This document shows, one piece after another, positions 37,195-47,115 of a DNA stretch of 64,000 nt (its first letter is position 1; each line of letters begins with the position of its first letter). The stretch comes from a virus. The notes under the pieces were generated by a model that was not told the origin of the DNA, did no database searches, and saw nothing but the letters and a program-made list of their open reading frames with translations. Position numbers and translations under genes: made by a program. The stretch spans positions 1-64,000 of the IMG/VR virus record IMGVR_UViG_3300023179_000029; one strand, written 5' to 3'.

Positions 37195-37791
37195 ATGGCT
37201 AAATTCAATAAACCAGAATACGACAACAGTAACAAGATCGAAAAGGTCAAAGTCAAGACCCCGGTTCATCACAGGGATCCTAGGTGCAATGTTTGCTCTA
37301 GTGATTTTGCTAAAGCCATTGATCGCATGATTGCTCTTGGCACTAGTTATTCTGAAATCAGTAGAATTTTTGGTATTAATCGACAATCAATTGGTCGTCA
37401 TGCTAAAAATCATTTGAATTATGAAGAAGCCGCTATTCGTCAAATCATTGCCAAAGAAGCGGAAGAGGCACAGGCGGACATTGAAGAAGGTGTTCAAGGT
37501 GCCATCGCAAGGCGTGTTTATATCGATGTAGCTATCCAAAAAGGATTTGAAGCTCTTCTTAATGGCGATGTACCAGTTGAAGTCAAAGACGTTGCGACTC
37601 TGATACAATTGAAAGAGAAGATGGACAGCACCCATGATGGCGCTGCACTAGATGAAGTTAAGACTCAGTTTAATGCTTTTGTTCAAGCCATTAGAGAAGT
37701 TGCCCCTCCTGAGATGTGGGAAAAGATTTTAGGTCGCACCAAAGAATTGTTACAAACGCCCGGACTACCTTCAGCGGAGAGAGATAAGTGA
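37195..37791 (+). CDS. Zn/HTH protein (terminase small subunit-like candidate)
   Basis: PRCNVC, SYSEISRIFGINRQSIGRHAKNH, helical C-terminus; leaderless after TGgTATAAT. Confidence 0.5.
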   Translation: MAKFNKPEYDNSNKIEKVKVKTPVHHRDPRCNVCSSDFAKAIDRMIALGTSYSEISRIFGINRQSIGRHAKNHLNYEEAAIRQIIAKEAEEAQADIEEGVQGAIARRVYIDVAIQKGFEALLNGDVPVEVKDVATLIQLKEKMDSTHDGAALDEVKTQFNAFVQAIREVAPPEMWEKILGRTKELLQTPGLPSAERDK

Positions 37792-39680
37792 AATTATTAA
37801 CATCGGATCTTCTTCTTGAAATGGACGAGAAGGGAGCCGATTACATGAAGGATTTTGTAATCCTTGATCGCCATCCCGAATTTGTAGATCAATGGCTTGT
37901 CAATGCTTTTGACGAGTCATTTTTCTATGACGTTGAGAATTTCATTGGTCGATATCGCACAGTCTCAACTGCTCGTATTGATGAATTCACAGAGCTTTGT
38001 AAACAGCTTGGCAAAGAAATCGTTTGGACAGAGGACCCTACTCCAAATATTGATAAGCATTTATCATTGAACAATGTTCCAGAAGTTGCGATTGAATCTC
38101 CGTTTGAAAACACAATCAACGGATTTCTACCTTTTCAAGTTCAAGGATTCAATTTTCTTAAAGATCTTGATGGCGGAGTTATCGAATGGTCAACTGGTGC
38201 TGGCAAAACTATTTGCGCGTCGGCATTGATCAAATATCATTACGACAAGCACAATTTTGATCTTGCTCTGTTTGTCGCCAAGAGTCATAACAAGGTAAAC
38301 GTCCAGAGAAGCCTACAGACCCTAGTAGGAATTGATTCTGCGGTTATTACAGGGGATAAGACCAAACGTAAAAAACTTTACGCAGAGGCCGATTCTGACC
38401 GAGCCGTAATCATTCTTAACTACGAAAAATTCAGAACTGATACTGAGGACATCAAAAATCTTGTCGAAGGCAAGAAGGTGCTTGTCATTTGGGACGAAAT
38501 GCCCGTCAAACTTAAGAATCGTTCATCGCAAATGTATAAGGGGGTAGTTGAGTGCTTTTACACTACTCCGCCGCCACAAGTGTCTGCGGATAAAACTCGC
38601 GCCGAGCTTCGTCAGTACATGATGTCGGCCACGCCTATTGAGAATAACCCAGAGGATTTTTTCAATTGCGTTCGTCTTATTGACCCAAATATTTACGGGA
38701 CCGTCAAAGAATTTAGAAATGAGTACGTCAAGCGGTTTGATTACTTTGATCGCAATAAACCTGCTGAATGGCATAACCTTGACAAGATGGGGTTGAAAGC
38801 ATCTCATATTATTCATCAAGTAGATAAAACTCATCCCGATATTGCCAAGATGTTCCCGAGTGTTATTTCAGAAGTTTGTTACATCGATTGGGACGACAAA
38901 CAACGGTCACTTTATGAAAAAATTCGCAAAATTGTCAGAAAGGCGGATCCTGATGATATGAACATCCTTGCCGCAATTACCATTCTGCAAATGGTTTGTG
39001 ACCTTCCGAGTATGGTTACTAACTCTGCCGCCACATACGAAGCGTTTGAAGAGGCATTTGAATACGCCATCGAAAACGGAGGGGATCTGCCAGAGAAATC
39101 GGGATCTGAGATTGCAGCAAAGCTTTTGGCAGAAATTGGAGTTGACCAAATCACTAATGACGGTCACGCCAAGCTAGAAATGCTTCAATCATTGATTACA
39201 GATGTTCATGCCGATGAAAAGATTACGGTGTTTTCCGCATTCAATAATGGCCTTATGCCCGACCTTAGAAAGTACTTTGATGAGTGGGGCGTGTCGCATG
39301 TATATTATGGCGGCTCTTCTAAGCAACGTCAGGAGGCCGAGGACAAATTCAAATCCGATCCGAGTGTCAGAGTGTTCCTTTCTTCTGACGCAGGCTCAGA
39401 TTCGATTAATCTAGAAGTCGGCTCAGTGTGCATTCATTACGACATGCCATGGAAATGGTCTACCTACACTCAGCGAGAGAATCGCATTCACCGAGTAACA
39501 TCTGAATTTGAATCAGTCAAATTTTACACTTTGCTTATGGCTAATTCTGTTGAAGACAGAAAGCGCCAAGTTATTCTGGACAAAATGGGATATCACGATG
39601 CCATTTTTAATGGAGCTATTGCCGATCAGGCAATTAGTCAAAGAATGACTAAAAAAGATTTTATGTATATATTAGGTTAG
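37788..39680 (+). CDS. SNF2-family helicase
   Basis: PFQ, TGAGKT, NYE, WDE, SATPIEN, SDAGSDSINL, QRENRIHR. Confidence 0.9.
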   Translation: MKLLTSDLLLEMDEKGADYMKDFVILDRHPEFVDQWLVNAFDESFFYDVENFIGRYRTVSTARIDEFTELCKQLGKEIVWTEDPTPNIDKHLSLNNVPEVAIESPFENTINGFLPFQVQGFNFLKDLDGGVIEWSTGAGKTICASALIKYHYDKHNFDLALFVAKSHNKVNVQRSLQTLVGIDSAVITGDKTKRKKLYAEADSDRAVIILNYEKFRTDTEDIKNLVEGKKVLVIWDEMPVKLKNRSSQMYKGVVECFYTTPPPQVSADKTRAELRQYMMSATPIENNPEDFFNCVRLIDPNIYGTVKEFRNEYVKRFDYFDRNKPAEWHNLDKMGLKASHIIHQVDKTHPDIAKMFPSVISEVCYIDWDDKQRSLYEKIRKIVRKADPDDMNILAAITILQMVCDLPSMVTNSAATYEAFEEAFEYAIENGGDLPEKSGSEIAAKLLAEIGVDQITNDGHAKLEMLQSLITDVHADEKITVFSAFNNGLMPDLRKYFDEWGVSHVYYGGSSKQRQEAEDKFKSDPSVRVFLSSDAGSDSINLEVGSVCIHYDMPWKWSTYTQRENRIHRVTSEFESVKFYTLLMANSVEDRKRQVILDKMGYHDAIFNGAIADQAISQRMTKKDFMYILG

Positions 39681-42545
39681 ATTATTATTCCAATTATTTT
39701 CTGTGTCAGCCTTTGGATATACAACGGTGTTATAAACAAAATCTCGGTTATGATTATCGGTGCCTGTTAAAACAACATGCATAAAACCATTTTGACCACC
39801 GCCGCCATCGTATTTATAATAGTGAGAAGTTTGTATAACTCCATTAATAGGCTGTTGAGCTTGATAACCCGCCGCAGTTGTTGCAAAAGCGCCCCTTGTT
39901 ACATTTTTAAATGTGACAATTAGATCTTGATTATCAATTTTTAACCAATTGGAAGAATTTTGATTAGGAGTCGTTGTTGTGGCGGCATGAGCTTGTATTG
40001 ACACGTATGGAACATTTTTATAAATTGCTAATTCGCCAACCGAAGTACCTGCGTAATGATTCGCTGCAATTGTTTCTTGTTGACCTCTTGTGCAAGTCAA
40101 AGTCGTTAAAGTTGGCCCCGGAGTCCAAAAAGAAACATTTGAAGTGGTGCTGTTAACGGCTTTATTTAAAGTTAATTGCTGCCCATTTAAAATTTTATAA
40201 TTTTTATAAATTGGAAGCGCACCACCAGTAGAGCTTGTTAAATCAGAACCCAATGTTACTTCAACCATAACATTGGCATTTTTAGTTACAACTCCGTTAG
40301 ATCCGGTAACACCGTCAGTCAAAGGATCCATTGTACTAGGGTTGCTGGTTTTTCCAACTACATTAAATTGATTAATTATAGTTTGTCCATCTATGATTTG
40401 ACTTACAATCGCAGTTACTGTAAATGTACCATTATACGCGGCAATTCTTGCATCAGAAATTGTAACAATATCATTAACAGCTAAAGTATGATTATCTGTT
40501 GTATATATACTGTACGTAGTTCCTGAGGCCGTTGCGTAAACAATGTCAAATGATGGAGTTAAACCGTCATATTTTATTTTAAATGATTTTGACAAAGAAG
40601 TTGTCGACCCAGATTGTGTACAAACGGCAGTTATCGTATTTGCGTTTGTATATCCCGTAATTGTAAATACTGCCGTGTTTGCTGTTAAAGTTCCATTAAT
40701 AATTTCTTTTGTTTTAAATGCATTTCCGGTTGTATATAAAGTATAAGTGTTGTTTTTTAGAAAAGTAAGCTCGGTTGTTAAAGTGGCGCCCGTACTGGTT
40801 GTTAAAGTACCAATAATGACCGGTTGCCCCACATCTGTTACTTGATAAGAATTAGACGTTATATAGTCTCCTATTTCAATATTATGAGGAGCAGACGTAT
40901 AATAAAAATTTTTATAAACAGCGGGAGCTGCTTCAGATAAAATAGAATTTATAAAACTCCAATTATTATTCAATGATTTATTTGTATCAATTGTAAGTTG
41001 ATTTCTTGAAGAATCATAAGCAGTAATTTTTGCAGATGTTTGATCAGAAAATACAATTGTTTTATTAACCATATTTGAATTAAAAGCGGTCATAAAACCA
41101 GACACCGTTGTTCCATTGCAAGCAATTAAACCATCATTATAAATATTTTGTTTAATATTTGATATATAAGTTTCAGTTGGTATCACAGTATTTGATGCAT
41201 CTTTAATTTGCGAACCAATTTTAAAACTTCCTGAAGTTTCTATTACGTTATTAGCGGTTAAACATTTAACCGATGCATTTGCAGCGTGTACTGCGGGGAT
41301 TGTATTATTTGCTCCTCTAGTTAAATTGATTAATTTATTTCCAGCAGTAATAAGAGTGCCATCAACTAATTTTTCAATTGTCACTCCATTAGTTGAAAGC
41401 GGTGGCTCTATACCCACCGGATCAGGAAGTTTACTAATCCAATTAATTTGCGTTAAAACTATAACTGTATTTAAAATATTATTGGTAACTTGATACCATC
41501 CATTCCATATTTCCGACCCGGTTCCGGTTGCTGATCCAAAATTGCTTAATTTTAATATTGTGCCCAAAGGATAATTGGTTGCAGGTGAATCCAAGTTTTC
41601 AACCAGAAGATTTCCAAAGCCACTACCGGTTTCTGAAAGAGTAAAGGCATCCGAGATTGTTACAACAAAGTAATCGTAATTTATCTGTTCATTATCAATT
41701 AAAACAGTTCCTGATGGCGGCAAAGTAACGTTGCTGCTCAATGTTAAAAATTGGTCTGCATCAGTTTCGGTAGCGCGATCATCGGTAATAGGAGCAATGA
41801 GTGCGCTTGACAAAGCAACAGTTGGATTATAAAAATTACCAGTGCCAGTAGCAGGCCTATTATCGGTATCAGGATTACTAGTTGTTTTTGTATAAGACAT
41901 TACCTCTTTGTCAACAACAAGATATCCAGAACTAGAAAATTTGTCTGCGTTAGTTCCTAATTCTTTAATTTGAATTGTTGTGTCAGTTTTTGAAACATCC
42001 TTGTACAAAGTTCCGTAACCATAAGATTTGGTCGATGACCAAACGGGAGTAGTCAAATTAATATTCATTTGTGAATAATTAACGTACTCATCTCCCTGCG
42101 ATCCGTTTATTAAAAGCGTTCCGACACTAGGAATTTTTATAAAATCACCATTTAAATCTAATTTTGCTTTAATTTCTGTATCTGTGCTTGATAAATTTTG
42201 ATTAAGAATCAAATTTTCTGGTCCGGAGCCTTCAATATATTCTCCGTCTCCAAATTTTAATTGCCATTTAACAATTTTGTTTGTTTTATTAGAATTAAAA
42301 GAAATAAGATAATTTACCCTGCATAAAGTTGGGTCAGTAAATGTTAAATCAAATTTTGGAACAAAATAATAATCACCAAATTGTGAATTTCTAAAAGTTG
42401 GAGTACTACGAGAGGCAATGGTTCCATTATTATCGTAATATTCGTTTAAAGCAATTGAATATTTAGGAAAATTTTTATTTTTGATACTTTTAATTCCTAA
42501 TCGTGGTTGCAAATTAATTAACATTAAATTTTGAATTTTTTTCAT
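39672..42545 (-). CDS. Minor tail/adhesin protein: PKD domain split by nested modules
   Basis: WQLKFGDG near aa 95 and SHYY..VVLTGTD at the C-terminus; internal IDxE..Y / RG..T.AA.H modules and a CBM5/12-like motif. Confidence 0.65.
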   Translation of the reverse strand: MKKIQNLMLINLQPRLGIKSIKNKNFPKYSIALNEYYDNNGTIASRSTPTFRNSQFGDYYFVPKFDLTFTDPTLCRVNYLISFNSNKTNKIVKWQLKFGDGEYIEGSGPENLILNQNLSSTDTEIKAKLDLNGDFIKIPSVGTLLINGSQGDEYVNYSQMNINLTTPVWSSTKSYGYGTLYKDVSKTDTTIQIKELGTNADKFSSSGYLVVDKEVMSYTKTTSNPDTDNRPATGTGNFYNPTVALSSALIAPITDDRATETDADQFLTLSSNVTLPPSGTVLIDNEQINYDYFVVTISDAFTLSETGSGFGNLLVENLDSPATNYPLGTILKLSNFGSATGTGSEIWNGWYQVTNNILNTVIVLTQINWISKLPDPVGIEPPLSTNGVTIEKLVDGTLITAGNKLINLTRGANNTIPAVHAANASVKCLTANNVIETSGSFKIGSQIKDASNTVIPTETYISNIKQNIYNDGLIACNGTTVSGFMTAFNSNMVNKTIVFSDQTSAKITAYDSSRNQLTIDTNKSLNNNWSFINSILSEAAPAVYKNFYYTSAPHNIEIGDYITSNSYQVTDVGQPVIIGTLTTSTGATLTTELTFLKNNTYTLYTTGNAFKTKEIINGTLTANTAVFTITGYTNANTITAVCTQSGSTTSLSKSFKIKYDGLTPSFDIVYATASGTTYSIYTTDNHTLAVNDIVTISDARIAAYNGTFTVTAIVSQIIDGQTIINQFNVVGKTSNPSTMDPLTDGVTGSNGVVTKNANVMVEVTLGSDLTSSTGGALPIYKNYKILNGQQLTLNKAVNSTTSNVSFWTPGPTLTTLTCTRGQQETIAANHYAGTSVGELAIYKNVPYVSIQAHAATTTTPNQNSSNWLKIDNQDLIVTFKNVTRGAFATTAAGYQAQQPINGVIQTSHYYKYDGGGGQNGFMHVVLTGTDNHNRDFVYNTVVYPKADTENNWNNNLT

Positions 42546-45322
42546 AGTTCATCTCTCCAAACAAAGTTGCCCAAGGTTGCATAAACGGGTAACGTTTTAA
42601 CGCTGTCTATAGAAGCGTAATGACTTTTAGCCCTTGCTCTAAATTGTAAATCAATATTTTTTTGATTAAAAATCACTCCATCGTTAATTTTATTTATTGT
42701 ATTTTCAAGATCTATCCAATTTTCTGAATCATAATTGATTAATGAACTTGAATCAGAGCGCATTTCCCAACTAATTAATCTTTTTTTAATTGATAAGTGA
42801 TTTATCCACCATTGGGTTTCATTTTTAGTGTAAGGTAATAAAATAGCCAATTTATAATTACCACATATAAAATCATTAGATTTAAAATAAACATTTACAT
42901 TATGCCAAGAATTTGTTTTATAATAACTTGGAATTAAAGAATGTGTCAATTTATTTTGAGAATTAATTAAAACAAATTGCAATTCATTTGTTGGAGACCA
43001 AAGATTTAAATTGATATATATATCTTGAACATCTTCAATATAAAATTCATTAGTAACTATACCTTTTACAAAAGAATTAGCGGATAAATAAGTTTTAGTG
43101 CTAATGGTATTGTTGTATTTTTCTTTATCTTCTGAAATTACGCTGTTATTATAACTAGATAAACTTTTAATTAATTCAATATTTTCTGAATAATCCGCAA
43201 ACAATCTTGCGCCTTTAACCGGGGTTCTGCTACGCATGGGCCTTGTCTTATATTCGCCGTAAACTAACCCTCTAGATTTAATTGAATTGATATAAGAATC
43301 TCCGTCTATTAAGGACGCCGACCAACCAATTCGGCTTCGCGATCTAGAAAATAATAATGTATTATAAATTTTATCCGTTTTATAAATCAATTTTGGTTGA
43401 TTATACTCGTTATACCTATACAAATAAATTTGTAATGCATCATCTTCTAAAATTGGATTAAAAATAATTTTTTGATTATTTAACAAAATTCCACTAGTTG
43501 CGGTAATTGCCGTTCCTGAAGAAATTGTACCAGTTGCGGCTGCTGACATTGTAACCGTTGTTGTGCCAATAATATTGGCAATTACAGTCCCAGAAGGAAT
43601 ATTTGATGATCCTGACAAACTTGCCCCGACTTTAAAAGTACTTGGAACAGAACTAAATGATAAAGTTTTAGAACCACTTGAGGTACTAGCACTTGTATTT
43701 GCCGCCGTAGATGTAAAAGTTGGAATTGTAAAACTATATAAAGCAGTTGATCCAGAATATGAATCTGATATTTCAATTGATCCAGCGTAACTTGTTGGAG
43801 AACTGCTGGCATTTTTATACCAATTAAAATTAATTTTTAAATAATCAATTTTATTTGAATTAATAATTTGCATTAATTCGTTTTGATTTTTTGCATCAAG
43901 CGCGCTTTGATTTAATAAATTTAAATCTTTTTGAGTTAAATTAATATAGTAATTGTCAAGCGTTTCTAAATTTTGACCAGCAGAGGTTAAATAACCTTGA
44001 TTGAAACTTGTTGGAATTGTTGCAGTAATTGATGTGTTTGAAGAGATGGTTGCAGTTGCAGGTAGAGACATGATTACTTGGTTACCTGTAACATAACTAA
44101 TTGTTGCGCCAGTCGGAACATTCGTTCCGGCAAGTGAAGCACCAACTACAAAATTTGTACCCGGAGCGCTTGCAAAATTCAAAGTACTTGAGCCAATTGC
44201 AGTTGCATTATTAGTATTTGCAGTTGTTGAAACCCCTGTACTTGGACCACCAAGATTCATTTGAGTAATTTTTTTATTATTTAAATTAAAATAAAATGCA
44301 AATTGGTTTGAATTAGCGCCGGTAGTACCGGTTTGACTTAAAGTTACGTCGCCCAATTCAATTTCAGCCGCAATCGAACCATTTAAAATTTTAGGATCAT
44401 AAGAAGTAAATAATTTATCAAAACTTCTTACAAAAACAGAATTATTATTTAATAAATCTGTACTAGGAAATGCAGCAAAATTATTTGGAAGAGTTTTTGC
44501 TATTTTATTATTAATAGTATTAATATCTAATTGGTAATTGCGCCAATCCGCGCTAACGGCACGTATACTTGCACATTGAAAATTGCAACTGCCAGTTGCC
44601 GTAATTCTAAATCTTACAGCAGTAATCGCAGAAAGGTCGCAATTTTTTAAAGTTAAATTATTTAAATCTGAAATCAAACATTTAAATTCATAATTACCAG
44701 AAGATCCAGTAATTGCAGATACTCGGCCAGTAAAAGGAATCGATGTTGTTTTATCATCTGCAAATGAGCCAGTTGCATCTGACGAAATATCTAAATAAGA
44801 AGTACTTGCAGTAATGCTTGAATTAGGGTAATTTGGAAAAGTGGCAATAATATAATCAGTTGAAGCAAAATTTGAAATATCAATTATATTTGAAGATAAA
44901 ATCGATGTTGCACTTTTTGTTCCAGACGCGCATGTTAAATTGATACCATAGAACCCATTTAATACTTTGTCATTTAGAACAGTTGAATCGCTACTAGTCC
45001 AATTTTCATTTGTTGTAGACCCAATTGATTGAACGCTACCTGATCCAGAGTTTAAAGTTCTTCCGCTTAAATAATAAACCGCATCTGTTGATGTACCAAC
45101 TTTATATTGATACAAATCATAAACAGAAATGCTATTTGTTGAAGATTTATAGAAAGATCGGATGTCTGTATGCTTTTGTAAAATTAAACGATCTGCTTGG
45201 GCAACATCATACATTGTATAATTATTCCAAAGTCCATTGTTATCTGAAAAATCATCAGAAATAGAGTCTTTGTAAATTTTTTCTAATTCTTCAAATGTGT
45301 TATAAGTCATTTTGCTTTCCAA
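42542..45322 (-). CDS. Minor tail/baseplate protein
   Basis: 926 aa in the tail operon; two Thr/Ser-rich inserted beta modules. Confidence 0.65.
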   Translation of the reverse strand: MESKMTYNTFEELEKIYKDSISDDFSDNNGLWNNYTMYDVAQADRLILQKHTDIRSFYKSSTNSISVYDLYQYKVGTSTDAVYYLSGRTLNSGSGSVQSIGSTTNENWTSSDSTVLNDKVLNGFYGINLTCASGTKSATSILSSNIIDISNFASTDYIIATFPNYPNSSITASTSYLDISSDATGSFADDKTTSIPFTGRVSAITGSSGNYEFKCLISDLNNLTLKNCDLSAITAVRFRITATGSCNFQCASIRAVSADWRNYQLDINTINNKIAKTLPNNFAAFPSTDLLNNNSVFVRSFDKLFTSYDPKILNGSIAAEIELGDVTLSQTGTTGANSNQFAFYFNLNNKKITQMNLGGPSTGVSTTANTNNATAIGSSTLNFASAPGTNFVVGASLAGTNVPTGATISYVTGNQVIMSLPATATISSNTSITATIPTSFNQGYLTSAGQNLETLDNYYINLTQKDLNLLNQSALDAKNQNELMQIINSNKIDYLKINFNWYKNASSSPTSYAGSIEISDSYSGSTALYSFTIPTFTSTAANTSASTSSGSKTLSFSSVPSTFKVGASLSGSSNIPSGTVIANIIGTTTVTMSAAATGTISSGTAITATSGILLNNQKIIFNPILEDDALQIYLYRYNEYNQPKLIYKTDKIYNTLLFSRSRSRIGWSASLIDGDSYINSIKSRGLVYGEYKTRPMRSRTPVKGARLFADYSENIELIKSLSSYNNSVISEDKEKYNNTISTKTYLSANSFVKGIVTNEFYIEDVQDIYINLNLWSPTNELQFVLINSQNKLTHSLIPSYYKTNSWHNVNVYFKSNDFICGNYKLAILLPYTKNETQWWINHLSIKKRLISWEMRSDSSSLINYDSENWIDLENTINKINDGVIFNQKNIDLQFRARAKSHYASIDSVKTLPVYATLGNFVWRDEL

Positions 45323-47115
45323 GATTCGTTAATTAAAACAAAATCATTGTGTTCAACATTTAACGATCCTTCGCCTATGCCATAAGTATACATTGCAGAA
45401 TCAGAAACAGAAACATGATTTGTTCTTTGAAATGCTATTTTATTAATTCCAACAAAATACGCCTTATTGTCTTCAAATTTTGCCAAAGCCTCTCTATATT
45501 GATGGCGGCATTTGATATAAAAAGACATAATCGGAAAATGTTTTTCAAATAATACGGAATCCCTGTCTAATGTTGATACAAGCATGGGATTCGCAACTGC
45601 TTTAGATGTTTGTTCAATCGGATAATTTTCAGCAGTCATAATTTTATAGCCAGTAACATTCATTCCTAAAGTAGTTGAAGCCAGTTGGTTAGCTGCTTTG
45701 CCAACAGTGGTATCCGTGTTTGCATTTGATGCAGGGTGAGAACCAAAGCGACTCAAAGATGTTTGAATTTGACTCAAAGTAGCCGAGTCAATTAATTGAG
45801 AATTATAATTATTTTTATCGGTAATAATTCCTAAAAGATCAGATTGATTTTTATCAAAATTATTAATTTCAATGGGTCCATTTGAAGTTTGTATGATGTC
45901 ACCTTTATAATAATTAAAAGCTAAATCATAAACGTCAAAATCGATTGTTGATTCGCCTTTAACAAATGGATCATATGTTTTATTACGTTCTGATTCATAA
46001 TCTGCAATAAAATAATCAAAAACCCATTGGGGGTATTTTTGATAAAGTATTGCCTTTTGAAAAGATCCTGCTGAATAGTACTGCTGTTGAAGATGAGAAA
46101 ATTCAATTTTAATAAATTTTGCAAAAACAGGCTCGGGAAAAACATAATTTTGACGTTTAGTAATTTTATAATTTCTTGGAATTCTAGTCCAAAGTAAATT
46201 GTCCCAAGATTGTCTGTCGATGCCGGGGCCGTTTTTGTCGTTAGAATAATAAACATTGCAATAGACATTTGGAGTAATGGGATCAATAAATACAGAATCA
46301 ATAGAGGTCGGAGCGTCATTTTTACTAACATCGAAATACAAACTTTCAACCGCAAATTTTGAAGGGTTTGGTTTAGATAACCAATATTCATCATCCTTTA
46401 ATGAAGTTACATTTGATGGATTTGCAACATAAATTGAAGAACGAATTTTATTATCAAAAGCATCATTTTTATCATCAACTGTTGATGATAAAATTCTAAA
46501 ACAAAAAGAAGCAGATTGATTCAATGGAGTAAATGCATTTACTCCATCAACTAATAAAGCTTTTCCATTGTTTAATGGATTGGGAGATTGATAATATAAT
46601 TTAGTAATATTGGAATTGCAAAAGATTCTAAATCTAAATTTGTTTATCAACCAATCTGAATTTAATGAAATTGGAGTAAATTTAATATTAAACCAATTAT
46701 TTTCGCTACTTGTATTAACATAGTTTCTAAATTCATTTTCAATAAATAATTGCTCTGTGCCGCTAGCAAGATTAACCCAACCACATTTTGCTGGATCATA
46801 ACGATCAAGGTAATACGTAATCGCAGCGGTATCATTTGATCCTATTAAATTATTAATAGATGAAACAAAAATTTGCAATCCATTTAATTCTGGAATAATT
46901 TGATCACTTCTGATATAATCAGAAGGAAGCATAAATTCTTGACAAGCTGAAATTAAACCATTTGTTGAAGAAATGTAATTATTTAATTGATTTTGACTTG
47001 TTGCAATGCCGCTTAATTTAATACTTGCAGTAGTTGGAGCACCCGTTGTAACGGGCACAGTGACAAGGCTGTGACCAACGCTAAATAAGCTAGCAGATCT
47101 TGAATAGCTAGACAT
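45307..47115 (-). CDS. Minor tail/baseplate protein
   Basis: YWLSKPNPSKFAVESLYFD, discoidin-like AKFIKIEF; tail operon. Confidence 0.65.
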   Translation of the reverse strand: MSSYSRSASLFSVGHSLVTVPVTTGAPTTASIKLSGIATSQNQLNNYISSTNGLISACQEFMLPSDYIRSDQIIPELNGLQIFVSSINNLIGSNDTAAITYYLDRYDPAKCGWVNLASGTEQLFIENEFRNYVNTSSENNWFNIKFTPISLNSDWLINKFRFRIFCNSNITKLYYQSPNPLNNGKALLVDGVNAFTPLNQSASFCFRILSSTVDDKNDAFDNKIRSSIYVANPSNVTSLKDDEYWLSKPNPSKFAVESLYFDVSKNDAPTSIDSVFIDPITPNVYCNVYYSNDKNGPGIDRQSWDNLLWTRIPRNYKITKRQNYVFPEPVFAKFIKIEFSHLQQQYYSAGSFQKAILYQKYPQWVFDYFIADYESERNKTYDPFVKGESTIDFDVYDLAFNYYKGDIIQTSNGPIEINNFDKNQSDLLGIITDKNNYNSQLIDSATLSQIQTSLSRFGSHPASNANTDTTVGKAANQLASTTLGMNVTGYKIMTAENYPIEQTSKAVANPMLVSTLDRDSVLFEKHFPIMSFYIKCRHQYREALAKFEDNKAYFVGINKIAFQRTNHVSVSDSAMYTYGIGEGSLNVEHNDFVLINESWKAK

